Positions 51,995-52,153 of a stretch of 52,153 bases of DNA are shown here, piece by piece. Source of the DNA: Girardia tigrina (taxonomy: Eukaryota); assembly GCA_001938485.1 (NCBI GenBank), contig MQRK01242144.1:34567-86719 (forward strand). The letters run 5' to 3'. The notes under the pieces were generated by a model. It saw only the letters and a program-made list of their open reading frames with translations, did no database searches and had not been told where the DNA came from. Both the position numbers and the translations under genes were made by a program. The number at the start of each line of letters is the position of its first letter. Position 1 is the stretch's first letter.

Positions 51995-52153
51995 CGAGGG
52001 GCGTTCCGAAAGTAAGTGGAAATACTTATATGCGGGTGTGCGCGTGTGTGTGCATCTTACAGAGGGACAGATGGCGTGGTGGCGTGATGTACTTACCAGC
52101 CAATAAAAATCGAGTAAAAGTAGCATTGGTCCATGCAACATGTGAGCAGCATA
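51995..52153. mobile_element. Mariner-type terminus inserted at a TA inside an LTR-like repeat
   Basis: TA|CGAGGGGCGTTCCGAAAGTAAG interrupts a sequence that continues as gatttaagTAtgttg in the 20372 copy. Confidence 0.7.

Overview
Very AT-rich eukaryotic (metazoan) genomic DNA with several N gaps; there is no prokaryotic operon structure. One host gene is recognisable: a divergent gamma-syntrophin-like gene on the + strand. It has seven well-supported exons between 36744 and 51453, possible upstream exons near 24.3-24.8 kb and 28.7 kb, and continues beyond the window. The rest is mostly decayed transposable elements: Penelope-like elements (PLEs), several mariners, pogo, hAT, MULE, Merlin, piggyBac/hAT/pogo MITEs, Ty3/Gypsy fragments with an LTR-like repeat family, and LINE remnants. 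The most notable non-coding signal is seven minimal type I hammerhead ribozyme motifs from four different PLE families. Each family has a 6-nt palindrome in place of stem III, and the elements are 5'-truncated with an inverted copy of their own 3' region. A near-perfect 410-bp inverted repeat and an unidentified GC-richer coding repeat also stand out. A planarian-like host is only an inference from composition and TE content. All homology calls are from motif recognition by eye; no database searches were run.
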